Shown here: piece by piece, positions 53,321 to 62,186 of the stretch
How positions within the stretch are numbered: position 1 is the first letter of the stretch
Layout of the letters: each line of letters opens with the position of its first letter
IMG/VR virus record: IMGVR_UViG_3300029705_000015
Strand: one strand, 5' to 3'
From: a virus
Taxonomy: Duplodnaviria > Heunggongvirae > Uroviricota > Caudoviricetes
Length of the DNA: 64,000 bases
The notes under the pieces: generated by a model
Seen by the model: the letters and a program-made list of their open reading frames with translations, nothing else
What the model was told of the DNA's origin: nothing
Databases searched by the model: none
Translations under genes and position numbers: made by a program

Positions 53321-53689
53321 ATGTGTATGTTTGCGCTGTTGATAACTCAATACAAATATCAGTCATCGGATACTCAGCAAAAATTATATCATAGAATCTT
53401 TGAAAGTGAAAGAGCAGCATATGAAGCAGCTCAGTCTCTTGCTAGATCAACAGCTCGTAGACAAGAGGAAATGAATGTTTTCAAAGAAAACTATCAGAAG
53501 TTCACGTATGTTGATGGCTGTTTTGAAATTCCTCATGTTAAAGATTCTCTTGATGCAGCTGTTATCTTTGTTGACGGTAAAGAGGGAGTTGATAGTATCA
53601 ATGATGCTACAATACATGTTGTTTCAACCTACAAAGTTGTTGAGTTCACCGATCCTCACAGAGATGGAGGGTTAGTTCTTACAAGATGA
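53321..53689 (+). CDS. Hypothetical protein
   Basis: SD gggag. Confidence 0.65.
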   Translation: MCMFALLITQYKYQSSDTQQKLYHRIFESERAAYEAAQSLARSTARRQEEMNVFKENYQKFTYVDGCFEIPHVKDSLDAAVIFVDGKEGVDSINDATIHVVSTYKVVEFTDPHRDGGLVLTR

Positions 53690-53931
53690 GTAGAGTACAG
53701 AAAGAACATTATATCGGAATGAATGATCAAGGGCTATACTGGGCTGGTATGAATACTTGGACTGATCAGATTCGGAAAGCCAAACAGTACAATAGCTTGA
53801 AATTAGCTCACGAGCATGTTCGTGAAGCAGTAGAACGATCTAATCAATGGATGCATCCACCAATAAACTCATATACTATCTTAACTGTAGAAATCAATAT
53901 TCTGAATGAATCGGAAGAAGTTTTTGTATAA
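53686..53931 (+). CDS. Hypothetical protein
   Basis: ATGA overlap. Confidence 0.6.
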   Translation: MSRVQKEHYIGMNDQGLYWAGMNTWTDQIRKAKQYNSLKLAHEHVREAVERSNQWMHPPINSYTILTVEINILNESEEVFV

Positions 53932-53945
53932 GTGGGAGATTTACT

Positions 53946-54395
53946 GTGGTAAATATTAAATCATGTTATCGGACTGCAAAGAAAGAACATGTTTGTAATC
54001 TTTGCAACGGAGCCATAAAGCCTGGAGAAAGATATCACTATGAATTCAATAAGGACGGCTCGGATGTATGGAGTTTTCTAGCTCACCTTGAGTGTCAGTT
54101 TGTTGCTCAAGAGTTGTGGGAGTACATAGATCCGTGGGACGGCATGTTCGATGATGAGTTCCAGGACGGTGTTCGTGAGTTCTGTCATAAAATCATTTGC
54201 CCCACTTGCAAGAATTACAGTATAGAAGATCAAGATTGTATGAACGACGAATACTACTGTATGGATCATGTTGTATCAATTTTGAAGGAATATGATTTTA
54301 CAACTGTTAAAGTAGAGAACCCGAAGCCTTTTGGTCGGTACTGGGGGCTTGTTAAGAAAGAACATCCTCTAACTAAACTTCCTGGAGAGTTGTAA
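53946..54395 (+). CDS. Cys-rich hypothetical protein
   Basis: RTAKKEHVCNLC...I.PGERY...HLEC. Confidence 0.7.
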   Translation: MVNIKSCYRTAKKEHVCNLCNGAIKPGERYHYEFNKDGSDVWSFLAHLECQFVAQELWEYIDPWDGMFDDEFQDGVREFCHKIICPTCKNYSIEDQDCMNDEYYCMDHVVSILKEYDFTTVKVENPKPFGRYWGLVKKEHPLTKLPGEL

Positions 54396-54396
54396 T

Positions 54397-54660
54397 ATGA
54401 GCTGTATAAGTTCTCAGTGTGAAAGATATCTTATCTGTGCAAGATCATATAGTTCGGGAAGTTGTGTTAACTGGCATGATTACGGCTATGGTGGCATAAG
54501 CAGTGAAGGATTGACTTATTGTGGTCCTGAGTCAGATTATGCAATGTTTGTTCCTGTCGAGGAACAAGTACTTGAAACTCAAATCATTATGTATCAGAAA
54601 CAGCTTGAGAAGCTTAAAAAACTAAAACAGGAGGAACATCAAAATCATGATTTCGGCTAA
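54397..54660 (+). CDS. Cys-rich hypothetical protein
   Basis: CISSQCERYLICAR...CGP. Confidence 0.6.
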   Translation: MSCISSQCERYLICARSYSSGSCVNWHDYGYGGISSEGLTYCGPESDYAMFVPVEEQVLETQIIMYQKQLEKLKKLKQEEHQNHDFG

Positions 54661-54826
54661 ACAGATTTACTGCAACGACAGAGCTGCGTATTTACATGAA
54701 AATCTTGGGTTAACTCTGAAGCAAGGTTATGAACAAGCTGAACGAGAGTGGAATAGAACTCACAAAGTTTCTTCTCTCCCCGACTATGACGATGATGTTT
54801 CAGATCTGGAGGAATACGTTGAGTAA
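54647..54826 (+). CDS. Small acidic protein (59 aa, not in ORF track)
   Basis: MISAKQIYCNDRAAYL...DYDDDVSDLEEYVE; SD ggagg. Confidence 0.6.
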   Translation: MISAKQIYCNDRAAYLHENLGLTLKQGYEQAEREWNRTHKVSSLPDYDDDVSDLEEYVE

Positions 54827-55403
54827 GAGATACATAGGAGATCCACATTTCTTTCATCACAACATAATCAAATATGATAACAGAAAATTTAACAGTGTTC
54901 ATGAAATGAATGAGTACTTGATTCATAACTGGAATGCTGAAACAGCAATGGATGATGAAGTCATCATATGTGGTGACTTTACTTGGTCGTCAGATTCTTA
55001 TGAAAATCGTCAGTTGTTAAACCAGCTAAATGGAAGAAAGACGCTTGTTAAGGGAAATCACGATAAAGCATTGATGGCTGTTCGTGATTGCTTTGAGCAT
55101 ATCTATGATTACAAAGAGTTGATGGATGACAAGACAAAAGTCGTTGTATTCCACTATCCAATCTTGTTCTGGAATAATCAGTTCCATGACAGTGTACATA
55201 TCTATGCTCATGTACATAATTCTCATCAGTGGAATATTATGGAATCAACAATGCGTGAAGTTAGAGCTTTACAAGCATTACCGATGAGAGCATACAATGT
55301 TGGTTGTATGATGCCTTGGATGAAGTATGCGCCTCAGACACTCGAAAATATCATAGCAGGATACAACGAGTGGGCTAAAGAAGGGACGTTTGATTTAAGA
55401 TGA
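54819..55403 (+). CDS. Calcineurin-like phosphoesterase
   Basis: IGDPHFFH, CGDF, KGNHD, FHYP, YAHVH; TTG start after ggagga. Confidence 0.85.
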   Translation: MSKRYIGDPHFFHHNIIKYDNRKFNSVHEMNEYLIHNWNAETAMDDEVIICGDFTWSSDSYENRQLLNQLNGRKTLVKGNHDKALMAVRDCFEHIYDYKELMDDKTKVVVFHYPILFWNNQFHDSVHIYAHVHNSHQWNIMESTMREVRALQALPMRAYNVGCMMPWMKYAPQTLENIIAGYNEWAKEGTFDLR

Positions 55404-55747
55404 GTAAAGTAAAAGATGCTATATTGAATCAACTTCAAGGAGGATGGCTTGCTCCTGATGGATCATTCTGGCCTTGTGTGTCATGCGAACATGTTTCTGT
55501 TGCCAGAATGTTGTGTGATAAGTTTGAGTACAACATCTGGGAGTATCGGGGTCCTGCAGATGACACTCTTCTACATCTCGGTTGGATTCATATAACATTA
55601 TCTGAGTGGGACAAAGAGTGGAGAATTGATTGGAAGTGGACACATAAGATCACACAACCTCAAATAGATTTCTTAAAACCATACTTTGAAGATGTACACA
55701 AAGTTAATGAACTTGTTGTTGGGAGATGGGAACGTGAAGTACAATAA
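55400..55747 (+). CDS. Hypothetical protein, paralog of 50737 gene
   Basis: GWLAPDGSFW...H...LHLGWI. Confidence 0.7.
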   Translation: MSKVKDAILNQLQGGWLAPDGSFWPCVSCEHVSVARMLCDKFEYNIWEYRGPADDTLLHLGWIHITLSEWDKEWRIDWKWTHKITQPQIDFLKPYFEDVHKVNELVVGRWEREVQ

Positions 55748-56147
55748 GAAAGATATCGATGGTGCTCTTCAGTTGCTTAAACAAGCACTGACAGAGATAC
55801 AAGATAAGGAACTTATTCAAGCAGTTCAAGTCGCAACTGATTGTATGGAAGTTGTTAGGGAAGACAAATGGACTGACGCTCAAAAGTCACTGCCTGAAAA
55901 ACAAGGTTACGGTAACATGGTAAAATGCAATGTTATCTTAGTACACTCTCAAACTGAATGGAGTTTTACCGAGCCTCCTTCTACATGGGAAAAAGAAATT
56001 GTTTATGGAGCATTGTTTGATACCGAACAAAAGATTTGGCATATTCCTGAAGAATGCTTATATCTTAATGCACTAATTGATCCTGACAATCTTCCTGCCG
56101 ATTGTGATTATGTTAGCTTCTGGATGTATATGCCTTCAATTGAATGA
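55734..56147 (+). CDS. Hypothetical protein (DUF551-like W..LP motif)
   Basis: KWTDAQKSLPE...WMYMP; GTG start after ggag. Confidence 0.6.
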   Translation: MKYNKKDIDGALQLLKQALTEIQDKELIQAVQVATDCMEVVREDKWTDAQKSLPEKQGYGNMVKCNVILVHSQTEWSFTEPPSTWEKEIVYGALFDTEQKIWHIPEECLYLNALIDPDNLPADCDYVSFWMYMPSIE

Positions 56148-56152
56148 GTTTC

Positions 56153-56178
56153 ATGAGCAGCTTATTACAGCTGCTCAT
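56153..56178 (+). terminator. Hairpin terminator (weak U tract)
   Basis: atgagcagct/agctgctcat 10-bp stem. Confidence 0.65.
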
Positions 56179-56181
56179 ATT

Positions 56182-56212
56182 AGTTGATCAACAAACTGTT
56201 ATCAATTATAAT
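56182..56212 (+). promoter_or_regulatory. AGTTGA-type promoter
   Basis: TTGATC 56184-56189, 17 bp, TATAAT 56207-56212. Confidence 0.85.
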
Positions 56213-56236
56213 ATAGTTGTAAAATAAAACTGGAGC

Positions 56237-56626
56237 GTGATTTCTATGATGAAGCAGGAGTTTGAACAACTTGTTGGTAAAACAGTTGAGTGGGATGTAT
56301 TCAAGATGTATGAGGCAATGTACATGGCCACAGATCTTTCCAAACAAGAGTTTGTTAAGCTACTAAACATTAAAGCAATCCCGGAAGACCCTTCTGCAAT
56401 TGCTGCTAGAGAAGCGGCTGAAATGAGAAACAAAGAATACAAAGCACAGCTACGAGCACTGATATCTATTCGTGATGATCATCTTGAAAATAGTAGAATG
56501 CATCAAAAAGCAGGATTAACAATCTTTGCAGAATCTGAAAGATATCAAGCTCAGGAATGTGATCGAGCAATTAGAGAACAGAGATGGTTCATTAAAAGTT
56601 GTACAAGGAGATCAGTAAATGTCTGA
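56237..56626 (+). CDS. Hypothetical protein
   Basis: 129 aa ORF. Confidence 0.65.
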   Translation: MISMMKQEFEQLVGKTVEWDVFKMYEAMYMATDLSKQEFVKLLNIKAIPEDPSAIAAREAAEMRNKEYKAQLRALISIRDDHLENSRMHQKAGLTIFAESERYQAQECDRAIREQRWFIKSCTRRSVNV

Positions 56627-57644
56627 AGTCGTTTATGGTGGATGGAGCATGTTCGACAAAGTAACAATTGTCGAAAAAACAAGAGGTTACTACCAAGATG
56701 AAAACGGTTTTTGGAAGGTAGGTATAGCAGACCTTCCTCAGGGTTATGTTTGTGACAGCAACAACAAGAAAATGCTTCTTGCAGCACAATCCTGGGCAAA
56801 ATGGTATGAATACCCCACAGATGAAAATGGAAAACGAGATTTCAAGAATGAGATAATTCATGAAGGAGTCTGTCATGAAATTGATAACTCCGGATTTGTT
56901 CTGGAATTACTTGATGCAGCAGAAGACAGTAGTCAGGGTGGTAAACTCAGCTTCTGGAATTGTAAAGTTACGCACGGAGAGCGTTCTTGGAAAATTGGCA
57001 TTGCTGCAGATCTGCTTCTTGATGTACTTAAGAACACCACATTTGTCAACGGTGTGTGTCAAGAACCCTTGTTCTTTGCGAGAAAAAATGGAAAAGTGGG
57101 AATGCTTTGTAAAAGTATGGAAGCATACACACAAGCAGAAAAAGACAAAGAACGTAAGAGCAACATAAGTAAGGGAAAAACCAAGAAGTATGTTGAAGGT
57201 CAAACTTATGAAACTTTGACGATGAAAGATGTTTACCTTGGATATTTCTGGCAACATTATGATTGGATTGAAACTTACGGTTACTGGCCAACCAGAAGTA
57301 CTGATCGTAGAATTGTTAAACTGGATAAACCGAAAAAGATATACTGGTTACCTAACTATGATCCAGCTAGAACAAAAAGAACTGATTATGAAATCTGTGG
57401 ATGGAATTTCCATGCGAGTTGCCCTGCTCGTAGACCTGGTGTGGAGACTGTGGAGCTTGATGGCTCACTTGAAGAATTCATCAACGCAAGGCATAAGTAC
57501 TTAACAGATGTTGAACGAGGGGAAGGCAGAATTCATCTATATCTAGATAGAACATGGTTCTTGAATACTGATCCGGATAAGTGGGAATGGCCTGAAGGTA
57601 TGAAAGAGGTACTCACTAGAGCTGGTTGGGTCATCGAAGAATGA
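56619..57644 (+). CDS. Hypothetical protein
   Basis: 341 aa ORF. Confidence 0.75.
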   Translation: MSEVVYGGWSMFDKVTIVEKTRGYYQDENGFWKVGIADLPQGYVCDSNNKKMLLAAQSWAKWYEYPTDENGKRDFKNEIIHEGVCHEIDNSGFVLELLDAAEDSSQGGKLSFWNCKVTHGERSWKIGIAADLLLDVLKNTTFVNGVCQEPLFFARKNGKVGMLCKSMEAYTQAEKDKERKSNISKGKTKKYVEGQTYETLTMKDVYLGYFWQHYDWIETYGYWPTRSTDRRIVKLDKPKKIYWLPNYDPARTKRTDYEICGWNFHASCPARRPGVETVELDGSLEEFINARHKYLTDVERGEGRIHLYLDRTWFLNTDPDKWEWPEGMKEVLTRAGWVIEE

Positions 57645-57647
57645 TTT

Positions 57648-57678
57648 AGTTGATTAAACAACAGTTTCTTATTATAAT
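57648..57678 (+). promoter_or_regulatory. AGTTGA-type promoter
   Basis: TTGATT 57650-57655, 17 bp, TATAAT 57673-57678. Confidence 0.85.
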
Positions 57679-57697
57679 ATTGATGTAAATAAAAACG

Positions 57698-58468
57698 ATG
57701 GGAGACGTTGTTATGGAAACTAAGTTGGTTATGCTCAAAGCAGATAAAGAGATGACGGAAATGCTTCGTAGAGAGAAGCATAATGAAATCTTGGCGGATC
57801 TTCGTGAATTTATCACCACCGAAATCGTTGAGCCTACTGGTGCTCAATTAACAAGACTGTTTTTCCGGTCCAACTTCAATAACAATCTGGAAGTTGTTTT
57901 TGAAACAGGTTTTTTGACTCCTGAAGGTAAGATTGATTTCGGATCCGATTGTTGGTTTGAATACAATGAAAAGGGTCTTAATATCAACGTTGGTACTATC
58001 ATCGGTACATGGACCAGAAACGATAATCCCTATCAGATTTGTAGAATCAAGCTACTGAACTATATCTGTGACATCTTGGAGCCGTTAGAAAATTCTTTCC
58101 AGATCATTCTGGACAAACATAAGGACTACATGGATCTGGAGAGCAAGACCAGGAAAATTGATTGCGAAATTCGGCAAATTGAAACCGAAATGAAACGTCA
58201 GGAAGCAGTCAGAAAGATGGAAACAATTCAGGTAGGAACAATTTTGTGCTATCCTGAATCATATCATCCGAATTACCGACTCTTCTCCCTTAATCGTTGG
58301 AGCAAGAAGGAAGATTTGTGGAAAGTAACTAAGATCAGTGATAAAACTATTCAGGTTGAATCTACTGAATATAGTAGTGTAACTCGTAGAGTAAACAAAG
58401 AAAAGCTTCAGCAGCATATCTTGAATGCAGGTCTGGAGATTATCAACGAAAACAAGGAAACAGAATGA
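57698..58468 (+). CDS. Hypothetical protein
   Basis: 256 aa ORF with coiled coil; start may be ATG 57713. Confidence 0.7.
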   Translation: MGDVVMETKLVMLKADKEMTEMLRREKHNEILADLREFITTEIVEPTGAQLTRLFFRSNFNNNLEVVFETGFLTPEGKIDFGSDCWFEYNEKGLNINVGTIIGTWTRNDNPYQICRIKLLNYICDILEPLENSFQIILDKHKDYMDLESKTRKIDCEIRQIETEMKRQEAVRKMETIQVGTILCYPESYHPNYRLFSLNRWSKKEDLWKVTKISDKTIQVESTEYSSVTRRVNKEKLQQHILNAGLEIINENKETE

Positions 58469-59853
58469 AACATGATGTAATCATTGTTGGAGCAGGCCCT
58501 GCTGGGATCTTTACAGCCTACGAGCTTCTTCAGCATAATCCAAATTTGAAAATCCTCATGTTTGAAAAAGGGCATGAGATGCAGTATCGGAAGTGCCCTA
58601 AACATACTGTAGGTAAATGTGTCAAGTGTGAGCCTTGCAACATTACAACTGGATTCAGTGGAGCCGGTGCATTCAGTGATGGTAAACTATCACTGAGTCC
58701 TGAAGTCGGGGGTGACTTGCCTCAACTCATTGGATACAAAACCGTCGAAGAATTGATTTCATATACCGACGACATCTATCTCTATTTTGGGGCTGATGAA
58801 CGCGTTGAAGGCATTGAACATAATGACAAGATAAAGGATATTCGTAAACGAGCAATTCATGCAGGCTTAAAGCTTGTTGACTGCCCCATCCGCCACCTCG
58901 GAACTGAGGATGCTCAGATTGTGTACGGTAGACTTGAGAACTACCTCATAAAGAAGGGTGTTGGGATTTTATTTAATAAAACAGTTACCGATATCATTGT
59001 TGATGACAATACATGTGTGGGTGTAACTGTTAAACATGGTCATGTAGAAGAGTACTTCTATGCAGACAAGGTTGTTGTAGCTGCGGGACGACGCGGTGCG
59101 GAATGGTTATTCAATGTGTGTAACAAGTATCATGTTGAACGCCAACCAGGAACTGTTGATATTGGTGTTCGTGTTGAGTGCCGTAATGAAGTCATGGAAG
59201 AAATCAACAAGGCAATCTACGAAGGGAAGTTTATTGGTTATCCTCAGCCATTCAAAAATAAAGTAAGAACATTCTGTCAGAATCCTGGTGGTATTGTTTC
59301 CGAAGAGCGTTATGATGAAGGGTTGAGTACGGTTAACGGTCATTCTTACAAGAATACAAAAACTGACAACACAAATTTCTCAATTCTATGTTCTCACAAT
59401 TTTTGCGTACCATTTGACGATCCAATCGCGTATGCAAAGATGGTTGGAAAGTTGACAAACATGTTAGCGGATAACCACATCCTTGTTCAGCGGTTTGGTG
59501 ATATTATTGATGGAAAGCGTACATGGCAAGATGAGCTCGATCGTGGCAATCTGAAAGCAACTCTGCCTGACGCAGTTGCTGGAGATATTACGGCAGCTAT
59601 TCCATATAGAACTATGACTAATATCATTAACTTTATTTATGCATTAGATAAAGTAATTCCAGGGATAGCCGCATCTGAGACGCTACTGTATGCGCCGGAA
59701 TTAAAATTCTATTCAAACAGAGTTACAATGGACAAACAACTCAACACTAGTTTGAAGAATCTTCATTGTTTAGGAGACTCCTCTGGTTGGACTCGGGGTC
59801 TTATGATGGCATCTGTAATGGGTGTTTACATGGCTCGTCAGTTAGTTGAATAA
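58465..59853 (+). CDS. FAD-dependent oxidoreductase (COG2509-like)
   Basis: IIVGAGPAG, GAGAFSDGKL, AAGRRG, RTFCQNPGG, VNGHS, YAPELKFYS, GDSSGWTRG. Confidence 0.85.
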   Translation: MKHDVIIVGAGPAGIFTAYELLQHNPNLKILMFEKGHEMQYRKCPKHTVGKCVKCEPCNITTGFSGAGAFSDGKLSLSPEVGGDLPQLIGYKTVEELISYTDDIYLYFGADERVEGIEHNDKIKDIRKRAIHAGLKLVDCPIRHLGTEDAQIVYGRLENYLIKKGVGILFNKTVTDIIVDDNTCVGVTVKHGHVEEYFYADKVVVAAGRRGAEWLFNVCNKYHVERQPGTVDIGVRVECRNEVMEEINKAIYEGKFIGYPQPFKNKVRTFCQNPGGIVSEERYDEGLSTVNGHSYKNTKTDNTNFSILCSHNFCVPFDDPIAYAKMVGKLTNMLADNHILVQRFGDIIDGKRTWQDELDRGNLKATLPDAVAGDITAAIPYRTMTNIINFIYALDKVIPGIAASETLLYAPELKFYSNRVTMDKQLNTSLKNLHCLGDSSGWTRGLMMASVMGVYMARQLVE

Positions 59854-59874
59854 CTTGATAGTAGCTTATATAAT
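59844..59874 (+). promoter_or_regulatory. AGTTGA-type promoter
   Basis: TTGAAT 59846-59851, 17 bp, TATAAT 59869-59874. Confidence 0.85.
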
Positions 59875-59930
59875 ATAAACCACATCATTAACAGCGATGG
59901 TGTAAATATACTAAAGAGGAAGTGATACAT

Positions 59931-60185
59931 ATGTCCTATGCTGTAACAAAGAAACCCGCTGATGTTTTGGACACATTCAGCGCAAGTATCAAGAAGAGAC
60001 CGAATGAGACTGTTGAGTCTATGTTGAAGAGGCTCAAGAAGTCTGTTCAGAATGAAGGTATTCTTCAGGAACTGCGAAAGCGTGAGTACTACGTAGCTCC
60101 GAGTTTGAAGAAGCGTCTGAAGCATCAGGCTGCTGTTAGAGCAATTCGTCGTAAGATGAAAAAGGCTCAGGCAAAGTTATATTGA
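59931..60185 (+). CDS. rpsU: Ribosomal protein bS21
   Basis: ETVESMLKRLKKSVQNEGILQELRKREYYVAPSLKKR.K..AA. Confidence 0.9.
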   Translation: MSYAVTKKPADVLDTFSASIKKRPNETVESMLKRLKKSVQNEGILQELRKREYYVAPSLKKRLKHQAAVRAIRRKMKKAQAKLY

Positions 60186-60379
60186 TGAAGCCAATTTTTA
60201 GTACGGTACATGATGCCGTCACGGATAAGTCAATGTTGATTCGTGTTGACCTAGTTCAGAAGATCTGGGAAAGTGAACTTAACGGCAAGGAATGCCGAGT
60301 TATTCAATTCATCAACGGTGACATTGAATATGTCCACAACTCTCTTCTGGTTCTAGCAAATGAATTCAATCATCTATAA
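60185..60379 (+). CDS. Hypothetical protein
   Basis: TGATG-coupled to rpsU. Confidence 0.6.
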   Translation: MKPIFSTVHDAVTDKSMLIRVDLVQKIWESELNGKECRVIQFINGDIEYVHNSLLVLANEFNHL

Positions 60380-60812
60380 CTTTAACAATTCAACAAACAA
60401 AAGAGGTGATGTTTCTTTGGAACGGACTGATCTTGAATATGTTACACGATGTTTTCGATGGCTTACAAATGAGCTTGTAATTCCATACATGGACAACAAA
60501 CTTCCAAGTGCATTGAAAACAAAGATTGATACATTCTATGACTCCGTTCGTAAAACAGTCGACTGGGATAGTTTAACTAGAGACAATTGTTTGTGGTTAG
60601 GATTCATGAATAGTCAGAGGGATATGATTTCGGCTCAAGGAGTTATTCAGGAGCTCTGGTTAATTCCTCAATGGTTGATTCCAATCATTCCCGAAGGCAT
60701 GTATGTAGAGGATGTACAAGGAAACAGATTTCAGTACAACTCAAGCACATGCGATAAGACAACTCAATTTGGAGTCTTAAGCTACGGCGTTGTTCTCGAT
60801 ATTACAGAATAA
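60360..60812 (+). CDS. Hypothetical protein
   Basis: 150 aa ORF. Confidence 0.65.
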   Translation: MNSIIYNFNNSTNKRGDVSLERTDLEYVTRCFRWLTNELVIPYMDNKLPSALKTKIDTFYDSVRKTVDWDSLTRDNCLWLGFMNSQRDMISAQGVIQELWLIPQWLIPIIPEGMYVEDVQGNRFQYNSSTCDKTTQFGVLSYGVVLDITE

Positions 60813-60820
60813 ACTTTCAG

Positions 60821-60849
60821 TGAGGGCTTGAAACAACATCAAGCCCTCA
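60821..60849 (+). terminator. Hairpin terminator (weak U tract)
   Basis: tgagggcttga/tcaagccctca 11-bp stem. Confidence 0.7.
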
Positions 60850-60894
60850 TGTTAGTATATTTTAAGCAACAGTTATAAAACATACGGAGAACTT

Positions 60895-61287
60895 ATGGCA
60901 AAGATTATTTACAAGTTAGGTCCACAATGTAGTGGAAAAACAGCTTGGTTGTGTCAGCAAGCTAAACGAGAAGCCGGAAAAGAAATTGTTTACTACACCT
61001 CTCCTGAACGAGTACGACATGCAAACAGTTTTGCAGAAAAATATGAATATATGTATACAGGAGTCTGCTCATTCGATGTGGTAACAAATCCTGATGATAT
61101 TGCGTTAGACACAAGAGTCATCTTGATTGATGAGTTTATGCGGATTCCTGATGCATCTCAAGTTGTACATAAGTTTGAAAACAACGATAATGTCACAATC
61201 TATGTTGTATTAACTCAAGAGGATTATGACACCGAAAACATTGAAACTCCCAGTAAACAAGATTGGGATCAGTTATCATTATTCTAA
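60895..61287 (+). CDS. Small P-loop NTPase (thymidine-kinase-like) ending QLSLF
   Basis: Own translation: GPQCSGKT Walker A, VILIDEF Walker B, 130 aa. Confidence 0.7.
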   Translation: MAKIIYKLGPQCSGKTAWLCQQAKREAGKEIVYYTSPERVRHANSFAEKYEYMYTGVCSFDVVTNPDDIALDTRVILIDEFMRIPDASQVVHKFENNDNVTIYVVLTQEDYDTENIETPSKQDWDQLSLF

Positions 61288-61329
61288 ACAGAAAGGTGGG
61301 ATTAAATTCCTAATGGACATTGATCACTA

Positions 61330-61998
61330 ATGAAAGTCGAACTACTTAGCTACACTACCAACCCTGTGGCTGCTATTGAGAAGGCAGCAAGTACATGTTA
61401 TGACAGTGAGCCGACTCAAGGCAAGATCATGAATCATTGCTACAAGAGCGGACATCACAGTGTTCTCGAATTTGCAGATTTCACATTCAAGATTTCTGGC
61501 GTAAGTAGAGCACTTACTCATCAGTTAGTAAGACATAGATTGTCTAGTTTTGCACAGAGAAGTCAGCGCTACTGTGATGAAGGTGGATTTGAGTTTGTAA
61601 CTCCTCCAAGTGTTGAAAAGAATCCTGAAGCAAAAGCTCTATTTGAGGATCTGATGAAGCGGATCGAAGATGTTTATGTTATGCTTCGTCAGATGGGAGT
61701 CGCTCCTGAAGATGCACGATTCACTCTTCCCAATGCTTGTTGCTCTGAAATCTGTGTCAAGATGAATCTTCGCACATTCATGAACTTCTGTAACGAAAGA
61801 CTTTGCAGTTGTGCACAGTGGGAGATTCGTAAGATGGCAAATCTTATGGTAAAAGCGGTGCTGGAGGTTGCTCCTGAACTTGAGCATCTACTTGTTCCTA
61901 AATGTGAAAAGAACGCTCCATATTGCTTCTGCAATGAGACAAAGAAACGCTCCTGTGGAAGACATCCTCTCTTATCAGATGTTGTTAACATTCAGTGA
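61330..61998 (+). CDS. thyX: FAD-dependent thymidylate synthase
   Basis: Own translation: GHHSVLE, SRALTHQLVRHRLSSFAQRSQRY, EDARFTLP, MNLR, QWEIR. Confidence 0.95.
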   Translation: MKVELLSYTTNPVAAIEKAASTCYDSEPTQGKIMNHCYKSGHHSVLEFADFTFKISGVSRALTHQLVRHRLSSFAQRSQRYCDEGGFEFVTPPSVEKNPEAKALFEDLMKRIEDVYVMLRQMGVAPEDARFTLPNACCSEICVKMNLRTFMNFCNERLCSCAQWEIRKMANLMVKAVLEVAPELEHLLVPKCEKNAPYCFCNETKKRSCGRHPLLSDVVNIQ

Positions 61999-62001
61999 TA
62001 A

Positions 62002-62037
62002 AAAGTGCTGCAAGAAATCTTGCAGCACTTTCTTTTT
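62002..62037 (+). terminator. Rho-independent terminator
   Basis: aaagtgctgcaaga/tcttgcagcacttt stem + cttttt. Confidence 0.9.
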
Positions 62038-62068
62038 AGTTGATAGTACAACAATAAACTTATATAAT
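62038..62068 (+). promoter_or_regulatory. AGTTGA-type promoter
   Basis: TTGATA 62040-62045, 17 bp, TATAAT 62063-62068. Confidence 0.85.
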
Positions 62069-62119
62069 AATGTAAATAAATCAAGTATACATAACAAGAT
62101 TAACAAACTGTTTATTTAC

Positions 62120-62150
62120 AGTTGATAAATATCATCGTTCATATTATAAT
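62120..62150 (+). promoter_or_regulatory. AGTTGA-type promoter (tandem)
   Basis: TTGATA 62122-62127, 17 bp, TATAAT 62145-62150. Confidence 0.85.
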
Positions 62151-62186
62151 ATAAGTGTAGAAAATAAATAGAGCGAAGGTGTACAT

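Noticed and set aside
54729-54818. N-terminal extension of the tracked 54729 phosphoesterase ORF (similarly 27770, 42011, 55686)
   Set aside because: Better starts with SD sites lie downstream. The extension overlaps a separate 59-aa gene in another frame.
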